From contig OX337238.1 in NCBI GenBank assembly GCA_946965045.2, positions 806,001 to 870,000 on the forward strand: 64,000 nt of DNA, in the 5' to 3' direction. Under the pieces are notes generated by a model. It was not told the origin of the DNA and did no database searches. It was given only the letters and a program-made list of their open reading frames with translations. This document shows, in pieces, positions 32,475 to 43,248 of this stretch. Each line of letters begins with the position of its first letter. The stretch's first letter is position 1. Source of the stretch: Epithemia pelagica (Eukaryota > Protista > Bacillariophyta). The position numbers and the translations under genes are program-made.

Positions 32475-33659
32475 TCAAAGATCCCATGCACTCGGCGCGT
32501 CGGTTGATTCTTGATTTCCGTTTTTGGTCTTGCTACCATCGGGGCAAAACTCTTGGAGGAGCTCTTCGACAATGGGACGGTGATCGTACTGGACATTAAA
32601 CTCAAACCACTTCTTCATTTGTCCCTTGGTTTGAACTTTGGACTTGAGGAAACGGTTTGGACCAAAGGCAAAACTTTCGGCTACAATACGAGGCAGGACA
32701 CCTTGGATTTCCGCGACGTGGACACAAAGACGAATTCCTCCGTCTTGTAAAGGTTCCCCCTTACGGTCCACCGCGACAATGTAATGTTTGGCGTCGGGAC
32801 TGGAACGCCGCAAACTTTCTTGACAAGAGAAGTATCCAGCATAGGATCCTCCATTGAGCATGTAGTTCTTGGCGTTTTCAATGGCTTGGCGGTCACGAAG
32901 GGACTTAATCTCGTACGCGCTCTGACACGCAGAACACTGCATGTCGTTCCAGCTGCGGCCACCGCGACACCATTTCAAGGTCAGTTTCCTCATACACTCC
33001 GGGTTGCGACAGGAAACGGAGGAATTGTTGTTGATATGTGAGGCAACCAGTGCTTCGTACACAAAACCCAACAGTTCGCCCGCCTGCATTCCATTGGCTC
33101 GCCATCGGCGACCGTAATATTTTACCCTGTCTTCTCGAATACCAGCATGTTCAAATCGATAGAATGGATCCAAATGCATGCGCTTGAATTGGTTGGTTCT
33201 GTACTTGGGCTTGGGGACTACGCAAAACCGGTGATTGAATTCTTCGAGGCCGTATTTCCTCGCCATTCGTGCTTTATCTGGGCCCTTGATGTCCTTCGAA
33301 TCAACAACGAAGTAAGGAGGAAAATGATCAAGATCGTCAACGTATGAGGTATCTAGTCCGACTTGGCGTTGAAGGTGATCACGTAATACATTCTCAATGG
33401 CCTCATTTGGGTCTGCCGGAAGGTCACGAAGATCCTCGTCGTAGTTTGACAGTAGTTCTTCATAACTGTCTTGAGGGTCGTGAGCCTTGAGCATCGTTTT
33501 GATAACATCCTTGGCAAACTGACGGTGCTTCCTACGAGCGTCTGGGGATTGAATCGTCAAATTGACTCCCCATTCCAACAAATGAATGCTCAAGCTGGGA
33601 GGAAGGGTGTTTCCGTCTTCCAAAGCTTTCGTAAGTTCGACACAAAAAGCGCCCACCAT
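32475..33659 (-). CDS. Putative Zn-binding PD-(D/E)xK nuclease-fold protein, DpnI/DRP-like
   Basis: E202...C217xxxxC222...D239xxC242xxC245xxxxE250xK252S...LNGGSY parallels the DpnI catalytic domain (E..CPNC..D F CxxC..ELKS..INDGAY). Recognised by eye. Confidence 0.6.
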   Translation of the reverse strand: MVGAFCVELTKALEDGNTLPPSLSIHLLEWGVNLTIQSPDARRKHRQFAKDVIKTMLKAHDPQDSYEELLSNYDEDLRDLPADPNEAIENVLRDHLQRQVGLDTSYVDDLDHFPPYFVVDSKDIKGPDKARMARKYGLEEFNHRFCVVPKPKYRTNQFKRMHLDPFYRFEHAGIREDRVKYYGRRWRANGMQAGELLGFVYEALVASHINNNSSVSCRNPECMRKLTLKWCRGGRSWNDMQCSACQSAYEIKSLRDRQAIENAKNYMLNGGSYAGYFSCQESLRRSSPDAKHYIVAVDRKGEPLQDGGIRLCVHVAEIQGVLPRIVAESFAFGPNRFLKSKVQTKGQMKKWFEFNVQYDHRPIVEELLQEFCPDGSKTKNGNQESTDAPSAWDL

Positions 33660-34436
33660 TGCTTCCTCTTGTTGCCTCGATTGTATCGCCTTTCTTCAAT
33701 GACAAGATCGTCCATTCTGTGGGAAGAATCCAACACACGAAGCAGATAGCGCGAACAAAGTTTCACGTCAAATCCTCATTTGAATGGCTCTTATTGGCCG
33801 GTGTAAAGCCAGGTTATGACTCATGCCCTGCATCCACTTTTCTTGAGCTCGAATGAAAATTACTGGAAGAAAGCTGTTGACCCGGTAGGTTGACCATGAA
33901 TGTCGCTCAAAAGGACCTTTGTTCACCCCATGGAGTAAACTCTATAACTGTTCTCATAACAACGGCTTCCGTAGCTCTAAAGTCCGCCGGCAGAAGAAAG
34001 GGAGTATAGCAACTGCGCTCTAGCTGGTGCTCTAATGTGCGCCTTCTCAAAGATTCAATGTTGTCATGTGGTGCCATACTTGATTCCCTTACGCAGGTGC
34101 TCTCGAAGAGATAGACAATCGATTGGTGGCTATCCATACAGAGATTTCCCGGTAAGGAAAAGATCATTTCGCTTTACAGCATATGGAACAGCAATCCTTC
34201 AATTACTTTGAAGAGGTGACTTCGATCACGATGAGTAGCGATTGTTGGATTGAGAAAAGTCTGGGCTTTCTGACTAGTAGGAGTAGTACGGTTTTCACAA
34301 GTACCTTTCCAATCAGCTGCTCAAACGGCTTGGAACAAAACCACGAAGAAAAGTATGGGGGATATTGTGTCTGGTTTTGATTCTATATGTTTTTTTCAGA
34401 GTATCTCTACTGTTACGACAGGGCACCGTTTGGTAG

Positions 34437-35630
34437 TTACAAAAGTTCAGCGTAGACTCCGGTTCCAGGGCATCGCAAACGGACTAGGGTCAACTCCGTG
34501 CATTTTGGGCACTGCGAATTATCGCGTCGATTTACCACAATGTAACCCATGCGGAGCAAATGGTTTTGCAAGTCCACCATATCCGTAGGACTAAGAGGTG
34601 GGTTGAAATAATGAATCTGTCCAATCAAGCAATAATGATTGAGCGTCGAGAAGAGAATCAACCAACCCCGGCCGTGAGTAGGAGTGCCAAATAGAGGCCA
34701 ACAGGAACTTCTCTGTAACAAGGAATCAATGACGTACCTCCACAAGAATCTGCATCGGCATCAAAAGCTGTTCGGATTCTTCCAAGTGTTCCAGCTGCGG
34801 CCACGAACGAAAAAGTCCAATTTCGGAACCTTCAACGTCAATCTTCAACAAGTCAATGCGCTTATGTCCCAGTTTCTGTTGCATCTCCAACAACGTCCAG
34901 GACTTCCCAACCATATTTTTCTTGGCAGGTGGTGCTGATGGGTCTCTCGGATAGGCCGTCAAACAGACATGGTGAAAGGTCAAACGTGGGTTTTGTGGGA
35001 CCTGATAGCGACTGAATCGGCCAGTACAGTCAAATGTGTGGACTTCGCATGGAGTCTTTTCCAACACATCCAGTTCAAATTCCCACTGGTTGTTACTGCC
35101 CAGTGAATAGACAATGCATTTGTCTTCATTCTTCGGAACGATACTTCCTCTTGTTGTGGGTGTTATGACATAACTTCCAAGTTCCTTGAGGCCGCAAACC
35201 ACTTTCGTGTCGTCAGAGTCACATGGTGCGCCAATACACTGCTGGTCAGTGCAGTTGGCCAATTGATTGAAGGGGAAGAATCGCTGGTGGAGGGTTGCTG
35301 ATAGATTGCTTTGCTGGCCTCAGTGCCTTGGGCCACACGTCCATGGGTCAGCATTTCATTCATTTTGTTCGAAAGTGTGTCTAACGGCTTGGCGATCGAC
35401 TGCAAATAGGGATTCTGTGTACAGATCCTTTTGGAGAATGCAGCTGCCATTTCCACTGTCACTTGTTTACTCTGAAGCTCCGTTTGGACATATTCTAGAA
35501 CGTCAACACTTGACCGACGGTCTCCTTCTAACATCCAAAAGGATGGAAGGGACAGTAGGATACAGACCGAAAGTATATACCACAGGTGTTTACCACGAAG
35601 GCTCCACTCAGTTCTATTAGCTTTCATCAT
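34437..35630 (-). CDS. METTL24/FkbM-like SAM-dependent methyltransferase, type II membrane anchored, 1 intron and 1 frameshift
   Basis: N-terminal TM (LWYILSVCILLSLPSFW), KVVCGL, CIVYSLGSNNQWEFE, CEVHTFDCT, IDLLKIDVEGSE, QILVE|IH. Intron 34737..34617 (GTACGT...ACAG). A frame break at ~35290-35320 precedes HQRFFPF. Confidence 0.85.
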
Positions 35631-36008
35631 CGTTATGTTAACGAACGGTATTTTTGATTTGAGAAAAATTTGTGGACGAAGGTTGATCGCAGCCCAAAGC
35701 CGCGCATGGCACCCCATATCACGCCGGACTCTCTAACGCTTACCGACCAGCATTTATAGCCCGAGACTCAGGACTTGACCTGCAATCCCCTTAACCATAT
35801 TGTAGTAGGAGGCTCAGCCGAAGACCCGAACCCTCCACAAAAAAACGAGAATCTTTTTCTTCGTCGCATAAAACAACAGAATACCGGTAAGGAGACAACA
35901 AATATAACACTCGGTCTCTGTATCTCACTTTGTCTATTCTTGATCTGACCTGCGTGGTAAAGACACGAGGGAATCGGTTATCGGAACGACCGAAGGAAAA
36001 GTACAAGA

Positions 36009-37097
36009 ATGAGCAGCAAAAACAACGGTGATCCGACCAAGGATCCAGGCAAGCCACAGGGCGGTGCGAACACTACCAAATTGCAAACCTTCACGCTGGT
36101 GGATCAAAATGGCCCTGTATCGTCATGGCAGTGGTCCATGGGTGCCTTGGTCTTTGGTTTCTTTGTGGTACAATGGGTTGCCTCTATTCTGTCACCCCTT
36201 TTGTTCGGCTTGTCCTTGTATTTTCAAAACTGGATCGGAGTCTTGCTCATTATCGGCGTGACGATACTGGCCTATGTGCCGTGGTATCCCAATCCGCATC
36301 CTGTGGCCGAAGCCATTCGACATTTCTTTGTCCACAATACACCCTTTTACTTTCGGTCCATGAAAGTGATTAGTGAAGGCCAACCCTTACCCGGCCAAGT
36401 GGATTCTCCTTCCACAACAACAACAAAAGCGACGAATGAACCCCCGACTCTGTTGTCGGTTCATCCACACGGAATATTCACACTGGGTTGGTCCATGCTC
36501 TACCTTCGGTTACGGTAGGTGGACTTTTGCTTTTCCAGTGCCTTTTTTGTGTCGCCTTTTTTTCGCTTGTTTTCGCGCGTGACGGGCAATCCAGCTAGTG
36601 CTGACAAGGCCAATATGCAAGCCTTGATGCGAAAGGGTCGGCATTTGGCTCTGATTCCGGGAGGCTTTGAAGAAGCCACCTTGACCATCAATAGTCCTAC
36701 GGTGGAACGGGTCTACATAAAGAACCGCAAGGGCTTTATCAAATTGTGTTTGCAACAGGGCTATCAAGTTCGGCCCGTGTACAGTTTTGGCGAAGTCGAG
36801 GCCTATGACAATGTGCAAGGACAATTCTCGTTGCGACTCTTGATGAATCGTTATGGCATTCCAGCTGTGATCCCCTTTGGATGGTTTCCCCTTCCCTGTT
36901 TGCCCAAACCAAATGTGAATTTGTTGGTCGTTGTAGGACCACCCCTCGTCCTTCCCAAAGTGGCCCAGCCCTCCAAAGAGGACGTACAAACGTGGCATGA
37001 CAAGTACATGGAAGCCTTGCAGGCACTGTACCATCGATACAAGGTTGAGGCCTATGGTCCAGAATTGGCCAAGACCAAGAAATTTGAACTTTGGTAG
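36009..37097 (+). CDS. DGAT2: Diacylglycerol acyltransferase type 2 with an in-frame TAG at 36516-36518
   Basis: HPHG motif (SVHPHGIFTLGW), LIPGGFEEA, RKGFIKLCL, PVYSFGE and VVVGPPL. The two track ORFs (36009..36518, 36519..37097) are in the same frame. Confidence 0.88.
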
Positions 37098-37755
37098 AAC
37101 TTACAAGATACAAAGAGTCATAATAGTAGACTTTTCATTTTCTCACTATAGAGGTTCTTTGGACGACAAGTCAGGATGGCAACGAGTCTGTTCAGGATAC
37201 CTTTCATATCACTAAGTAGTGGGAAAGCACCGCAAATAGCTGTCAATCAACTACAAGGTCTTGAATCCGTTTCTTGGTGGCATTGTTGTCTTACCTATTG
37301 ACACTGACTCATTCACACTGAGGTCAACTTTTTCATTTCATATTCGTCTTGAGACGGGAAGAGCCGAAATGACATGGTTTGTGAACGTAGCCCATGCGGA
37401 CCATCACGAAAACGTGCACGTATGGAGCGTGAACTGGTGCAGTGGCTCGCCGCGCGGACCATACATATGGAGCAGCCCACACGATCAAGACTATAATAAG
37501 TTTAAGCCCTACCTCTTTAATCCCGAGGGGTCCCGCTTCATCCGTGAGCAGTCGCGTGGATCGCTGTAAAAGTGGTTGGATGTTGGATCGCATTAAGTGG
37601 TCAGTGAAATGAAAGATGACCGTGTAGGGTCCGATGAATGTCCGCCAATTGTGACAGTGAGAGCAACAGCGAGACCATTTCGATTTCAACTCTGTGTTCT
37701 TGTGTTGGCGAGACTGCTGCAAATCCATTGCATTACGTTGTGTTGATTGAGAAAT

Positions 37756-38398
37756 ATGGTACGTCCTTGGAACAAGAAAAACCGCGTATCCATTTGAACA
37801 GACGAGTGAGCATGGCCGTGGTTGTTGTCGTTCTGATGTCCACCGACTCTCACACAAACGGCCTGCTCCTGGAACGACCTGTCGTTGCTCGTCTGCTGCT
37901 GTCGTCATGTTTGTTTCTGCGGTTCCTGTCACTGTTCAGATTCGATTTTTCTTGTTACAAAATCGTCAAGGCAAGACGCGATTATCCAAATGGTATGTTC
38001 CTCCCCCGACAACAACCTCAAGTGGAGCCACAACTTCGGCCGAAGCCGAAAAGGCTCGAATTGAAGCCGAATGTCATCGACTGGTAACGGCACGTGACAA
38101 GAAATACACCAACTTTATTGAATACAACAGTTACAAATTGATTTATCGACGATACGCTGGTTTGTTCTTTACCATTGCCGTCGATGTCACCGACAATGAA
38201 TTGAGTTATTTGGAAACCATTCACTTGTTTGTCGAATTGCTCGACAGTTATTTCAGCAATGTTTGCGAATTGGATATCGTCTTTAATTTTAACAAGGTGT
38301 ACAGTATTCTGGATGAATTTATGCTGGCGGGGGAAATGGAGGAAACAAGCAAACGAGAAATTTTGGACCGGGTCAAACTCTTGGAGAAAATGGAGTAA
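37756..38398 (+). CDS. AP2S1: AP-2 complex sigma subunit, 2 exons
   Basis: ATG|GTACGT at 37756-37758, intron 37759..37939, then exon 2 [19 protein letters not shown]...[10 protein letters not shown]...[36 protein letters not shown]. Confidence 0.92.
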
Positions 38399-39099
38399 CA
38401 CTGTGGTCCTGTATGTGTTTTGAACGAATGATGATGGTCTTTTTCTCCGAGGGAATAATACCACAACAACAACAATGTAAGGGAACGTTCCAACCCAACA
38501 ACCACTATTTCGGTGCGTGATGCAACCTGCGAAGGATTCATCAAGTTCTCTGTCGTTTTTGGATTGGAATTCTATTATGTCTGCCTCAAAATCTGTTTCA
38601 GTAAGGAATATAGAAGCTCGTCTGTATGCTGTGCTGTTCTTTTCTTTCTCTCCTTCAAACCTAGGAGTAGCAATTTCAGTTGTATGCCCAATTTGCGAGC
38701 CCTTGGAGAGATGTTAACATTATTTCTGGATCGAGTTATAGTTTGAAGGGAAATCTCTTGTATTCATGATTTCAATGATGGGTTTTCGTGTCCATATAAC
38801 GAATGAGCAACATAGGAGAAGGCCTATCTAGGATGACTTGGGCGTCCAAGGTCCAAGGAACAAGACTACCCATCCCAACATTTGCTCTATGTATGTGGTT
38901 TGACGCGCGAGATGGCCGACTGTTCGTGGTCGCGGAAACAACAAGATCCGGTAGTCACGATTTTTAAAAGTCAATGCCAACAAAACACATTCAAGATTCA
39001 AGATAACCTTACCTTTGTGCTCTCATAAAGTGCACAGGTTTCCAAACCAGAACACACACCATCCTACAATCCATTAGAATAGACATTTCTACAACCACA

Positions 39100-39875
39100 A
39101 TGATCATGAGACTGCAAAGTTTGCTTGTCATGACGGCGTTCCTCATGAACTCGGCGACCCGAGTCGTGGCCTTTGCCCCTGGTCTGAATACACAACCTTC
39201 CAATCCTTCTTTGTCGCTGCCCACCGCTTCTTGGAAGACTTCTTCAGCGCCATTCCAGTCTGCCGTGTCGATGGGCAACCACAAACGAACCTCTCCAAGC
39301 ACAGCGCTTTTTGCAGTCACAACAGGCAAGCTCGAACCAATACGGCCCAGCACGACTTGCTGCGACACTTGTCCTTTCCTCGCTTTACGGCCCATGCCGT
39401 TTTTGTGCCCTTTTTGTATGCCACGACAGCAGAATTGGGACAAGTCTGTGGAGTCGAATGGTTGCAAGGTGCTGGTATTCAAACCGCCGTCTTGGTCGCT
39501 GCTACCGTCTTGGGCGTTGTCTCTCGCGTCCGCTTTGTGAATAGTTCTGGTATCATTTTGGCCGATCAGAGTGATGATCCAGATGTACCAGAAGATGCCT
39601 GGGAACGCAACTTGTTGTGGTTCACCTACGAGGACGTTTCGGTCTTGTACATTTTGCCCGCCATTGTCTTGGCTCTGGCCAATTTGGTGGTGGGAATTCA
39701 AGCTTTTCAACAAGGTACGGATCATACCAGCACGGCTGCCTGGTTGATTGTTTCGGCTGTCGCCGTCTTGTATGGCAATGCCAAACCCTCCTATGTGGCA
39801 CGATTCACGGGAAATCTTGCCGAAGTCGTCATGCTTTGGGCTCTCTTTGAAGCCGTTGTCAGTGTGGCGCAGTAA
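39100..39875 (+). CDS. Plastid-targeted multi-pass membrane protein of unknown function (one-base frame break at the T5 run 39308-39312)
   Basis: Signal peptide ending ...RVVA-FAPG (ASAFAP-like) plus a Ser/Thr-rich transit peptide in frame 39100. The hydrophobic TM-rich body is in frame 39231. One extra T joins them as TALFCSHNRQ. Confidence 0.7.
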
Positions 39876-40985
39876 GACCACCAACCGACAGTCACATATA
39901 TAGCGCAATGGTAGAATGACCAAATCCCCCCTAAAACCTTATAGATTTCTTTTTGCAAACGCGTAAGAAGAAGCACTCTGAATTCTACTACATCCCCGAC
40001 AATATTATGCATAGTACAGTGGACCCGTCCCCGTCCGATCGTATACTCCGAATGACCTCTAAAACAAATGGATATCTGGTTTGTGCCACTTGACATTAGT
40101 CGAAGGAAACATGGATTTTCGCTGGCATGTCTTTTGCCTTTTGCTTTAGTATCTCTGTCGCATCGGACTCGAGAGTGAGAGTCTCTCCAGTTTTTAGAAG
40201 GTTGTGGTTTCCATAATGGCCGTCCCAGCAGCTAGGCAAAACAACAATACTGATGCTCGAATACAAACCACAATGGCCAACCTACAATAGAGCATTTCCA
40301 ACCGAAAATGTCTCATCATCATAGATTGAATGACCGCAATACGTATCAACCTACACCACGGAGGCATCCATTTCAAACGAGCTTTACTCGATAACGGTTA
40401 CAGCTCATGTGCTGCATGTTGTGTGTTTTATGACATCTCACACAAACACAAAAGGTCCTCGTGTACGTTTCTCCCGATTCCGATACATGCCCGAAAATTG
40501 CTTCCAGTCTCATTTGCTGAATGAGAGTTGGTTTCTCATTCGAGAAATGCTAAAAAAACAATCCTTTTATTCATTGCATTCCGTAGAAAACTTTGCAATG
40601 TCGTTTGTATGGTCCTTACTGAGAATAATGCCCTTGTCCCTCATCTTCTTTTGATTCGTACTCCTGTGCTCGTCCTTGTTCACTTTGTCATTGCTCTCCA
40701 TTGCATTTCAATTCTCCAGATCCCCCGTGTGCACCAACCGTTTCGCGAATCTTTTGTTCCACGGAACCAGGGTTGCCAATTCCATCGTCAATAGGCGGGC
40801 CACAGCAACAGCTACTCCTTGGCTTTTGTACCATTTAGATCCTTTGCTGCGGCTCTCTTGGTGTCTTCCTTGGATAGTCGTCGTTGATCGAATGCTCGAA
40901 TGGCTTTTGAAAGGCATTCCTCCCAAGAGAAAAAGAGTCATTTCCTCTCTGTGTTTTGCCCTTTTGCTAGAATGGGTTGACATTA

Positions 40986-42776
40986 CTAACTTGTCCGTTT
41001 CGTCGTCGTCCTTGTCGTCGTGGATGCCGCCGCAGCTTCGGCCTGGGCCGCCGCATGGCGCAACAAGGGGGGACAATGGGTATCCCGGAACCACGTTTCC
41101 ACCACGGTCAAGGCTCGTGTCACAATTCCTACGGTTTCGTCTTCCTCTTTCGCAGCCCCGTTCGACGCCGCCGACGACACAACCCAACCACGGTTTACCA
41201 AGGAGGATCCCTTAAAGCACTTTTGATAACTTCGAGTCCTCCATCTGTGATACTCCTGATACAAGCGTCGGATCCAATGCAATTGCGTCAAGACGTGCAA
41301 GTACCCTGGAACCGACAAGCTGCTTTCCAAAGGACCTGTGGAGGCTACTGCTGCTGCTGCTGCTGTTGGTAACAGGGTGGTGGAACCCGCGGCGTGAGGC
41401 GTGACGATGGTCCTGGAACAGTCGGCACCACTGCGAAGTCTCAACAACGACGACGACGACGACGAAGGACGGCGGAAACTGATACGAGAGGATGACACGG
41501 GATCCGTCGTGTTCCTGTCGTTGTTGGTGCGAGTCGTACATGTTCTAGGTTTTGGGTCGTGTTGCACCTTGTTGTGAAGCCATACTTCCGCTTGATGGGC
41601 CAGGCAGGCCTCATCACTACTCCACGACAATGATGACGACAATTCCAAATGTTCCAAATTGGGAGCCTGTTCGAGACTATGCCAAAAGGACAAGAACCAA
41701 AACAACCAGTCTTCTTCTTCTTCCTCCATGTGGTGGTCCTTGTGGCCCTTGTCGTCCTTCTTGGGATTGGTGTGGTTCTGCCAGGGTGGAGGACCAAACA
41801 AGATGGATTGCCAAGGTCCCTGGAGGGTCAACGAGTGCAAGGATACCCCATGACGGGTCAACACATTGAGCCAGGCACGAGTCAATGCTGCGGCGTGTGG
41901 TTGTGGCACTACCCGGTTGTCGTCGAGGGGCCCACTGGCAGCATGCCAGACAATGGATTCCAAGGCCACATATGATGATGATGATAAGAGTTGCAATCGT
42001 GCCCGTACGGCACCCAGAGGGGCCGGATCCAGAAATTCCACATGACGCAAAGGACAACAACACGACGACACGGATGACGACGAGGCATGCTGAGCGCTCC
42101 ATGCAGTGGTCCAATCCATCAAGAAGCGACAGACAATATCCTTATGAAATGTGTCGTCCTCCTCCTTGTCCAGCGTATCCTGTTGGTGGCGATTGTGGTG
42201 GGAACTTGGTGATTCGTGCTGTCGTTGTTGTTGTGGCCGTCGTAGCAAAAATACGACACGAGAGAGTTGGACGTGAGATACCAAAAGATGAATCCATTCC
42301 TTCCACAAACGCCCCGAATCGTGATTGGCAAATTGGAGCCAATCCTGGGAACATCCATCGAGTTGCAGTGTCGTTGTCGTGGACCCATGAATGGCGTCTT
42401 TCACTTGAGTCCAGTCTTGCAGGGGAACGGCCCAGACCGCGGCGGCCGTGCGTCGTCGCACCGTCGTAGAATCCACACAAAGGGTCATGCGACGACAGGA
42501 TTCGGCGGCACCCAAGGGACGGGTCCAATAAAAGACAAAGGGACACGACGACGAAAAAGACGACGACAATTGTGGAGGAGACTGTGGATTGCTCACGGGA
42601 GACGATCCATAGCGATTCCGCAACAAGGATCGTCGTTTCTTCTTGGACGGGGAGCATGTTGCTGCAATAGGTGGTGGTGGTGATGATGATGATGAGGAGG
42701 AGGATGGTGTTGGTCGTTGCGAGGACGACGACGAGGAGTGGATTTGGTTGTTCCACGGAGTCATCGTTTGTTTCAT
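40986..42776 (-). CDS. Hypothetical low-complexity protein, possibly degenerate RNI/LRR-like segments
   Basis: Open frame 40986..43079 with a plausible ATG at 42776 (MKQTMTPW). It has poly-S/Q/T/E tracts and LRR-like pieces (LHSLTLQG, LEHLELSS). Confidence 0.55.
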   Translation of the reverse strand: MKQTMTPWNNQIHSSSSSSQRPTPSSSSSSSSPPPPIAATCSPSKKKRRSLLRNRYGSSPVSNPQSPPQLSSSFSSSCPFVFYWTRPLGAAESCRRMTLCVDSTTVRRRTAAAVWAVPLQDWTQVKDAIHGSTTTTLQLDGCSQDWLQFANHDSGRLWKEWIHLLVSHVQLSRVVFLLRRPQQQRQHESPSSHHNRHQQDTLDKEEDDTFHKDIVCRFLMDWTTAWSAQHASSSSVSSCCCPLRHVEFLDPAPLGAVRARLQLLSSSSYVALESIVWHAASGPLDDNRVVPQPHAAALTRAWLNVLTRHGVSLHSLTLQGPWQSILFGPPPWQNHTNPKKDDKGHKDHHMEEEEEDWLFWFLSFWHSLEQAPNLEHLELSSSLSWSSDEACLAHQAEVWLHNKVQHDPKPRTCTTRTNNDRNTTDPVSSSRISFRRPSSSSSSLLRLRSGADCSRTIVTPHAAGSTTLLPTAAAAAVASTGPLESSLSVPGYLHVLTQLHWIRRLYQEYHRWRTRSYQKCFKGSSLVNRGWVVSSAASNGAAKEEDETVGIVTRALTVVETWFRDTHCPPLLRHAAAQAEAAAASTTTRTTTKRTS

Positions 42777-43248
42777 CTTGTGTGTGTGTTCTCTGGGGGA
42801 AGGATCGATATGCTGCTGTTGGTCCGACCAAGGAGGAGAAGAAGAATGGATTCGAATCAGAATTGTGTTGCAATTGTGGCTGAGGTTGTTATAGTGGTCC
42901 ATACACTGACAGTGTGGTGGACCGTGATCTCGTCGTCGTCCAAAAACGGTCGTACTACGTGGTTTCCCCCCGAAAGTCGTTCGAGGCAGTATCCAACAAG
43001 AGTGAGGTCTACTATTCCAGGGCTTGATATCTAGATCGTCTCCGTTCAAACAAACCCAAGGTAAAACAGAACAGCGCAAAAAGAGAGACGATGATGCGAT
43101 GTGGGGCGGAGAGGACCGGAAAGGAGGCAGATCATTTTTAGGGGGTAGAAAGCCACCCTTCTTTTATAAATCTGGGGGCACCCCTCAATCATCGCGTCAT
43201 TTTTGTTGTGCGGGCTTCTTCACTCCAACCACCACCAACCAAACGACA

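Noticed and set aside
32475-35630. Nuclease plus neighbouring methyltransferase as a restriction-modification pair
   Set aside because: The methyltransferase is a membrane-anchored METTL24/FkbM type with no DNA-MTase motifs (no DPPY/NPPY catalytic context, no PCQ), so the adjacency is probably incidental.
37372-37569. 66 aa Trp/His-rich ORF (MTWFVNVAHADHHENVHVW...) between DGAT2 and AP2S1
   Set aside because: It is short, has no recognised motif and has no second copy to test conservation.
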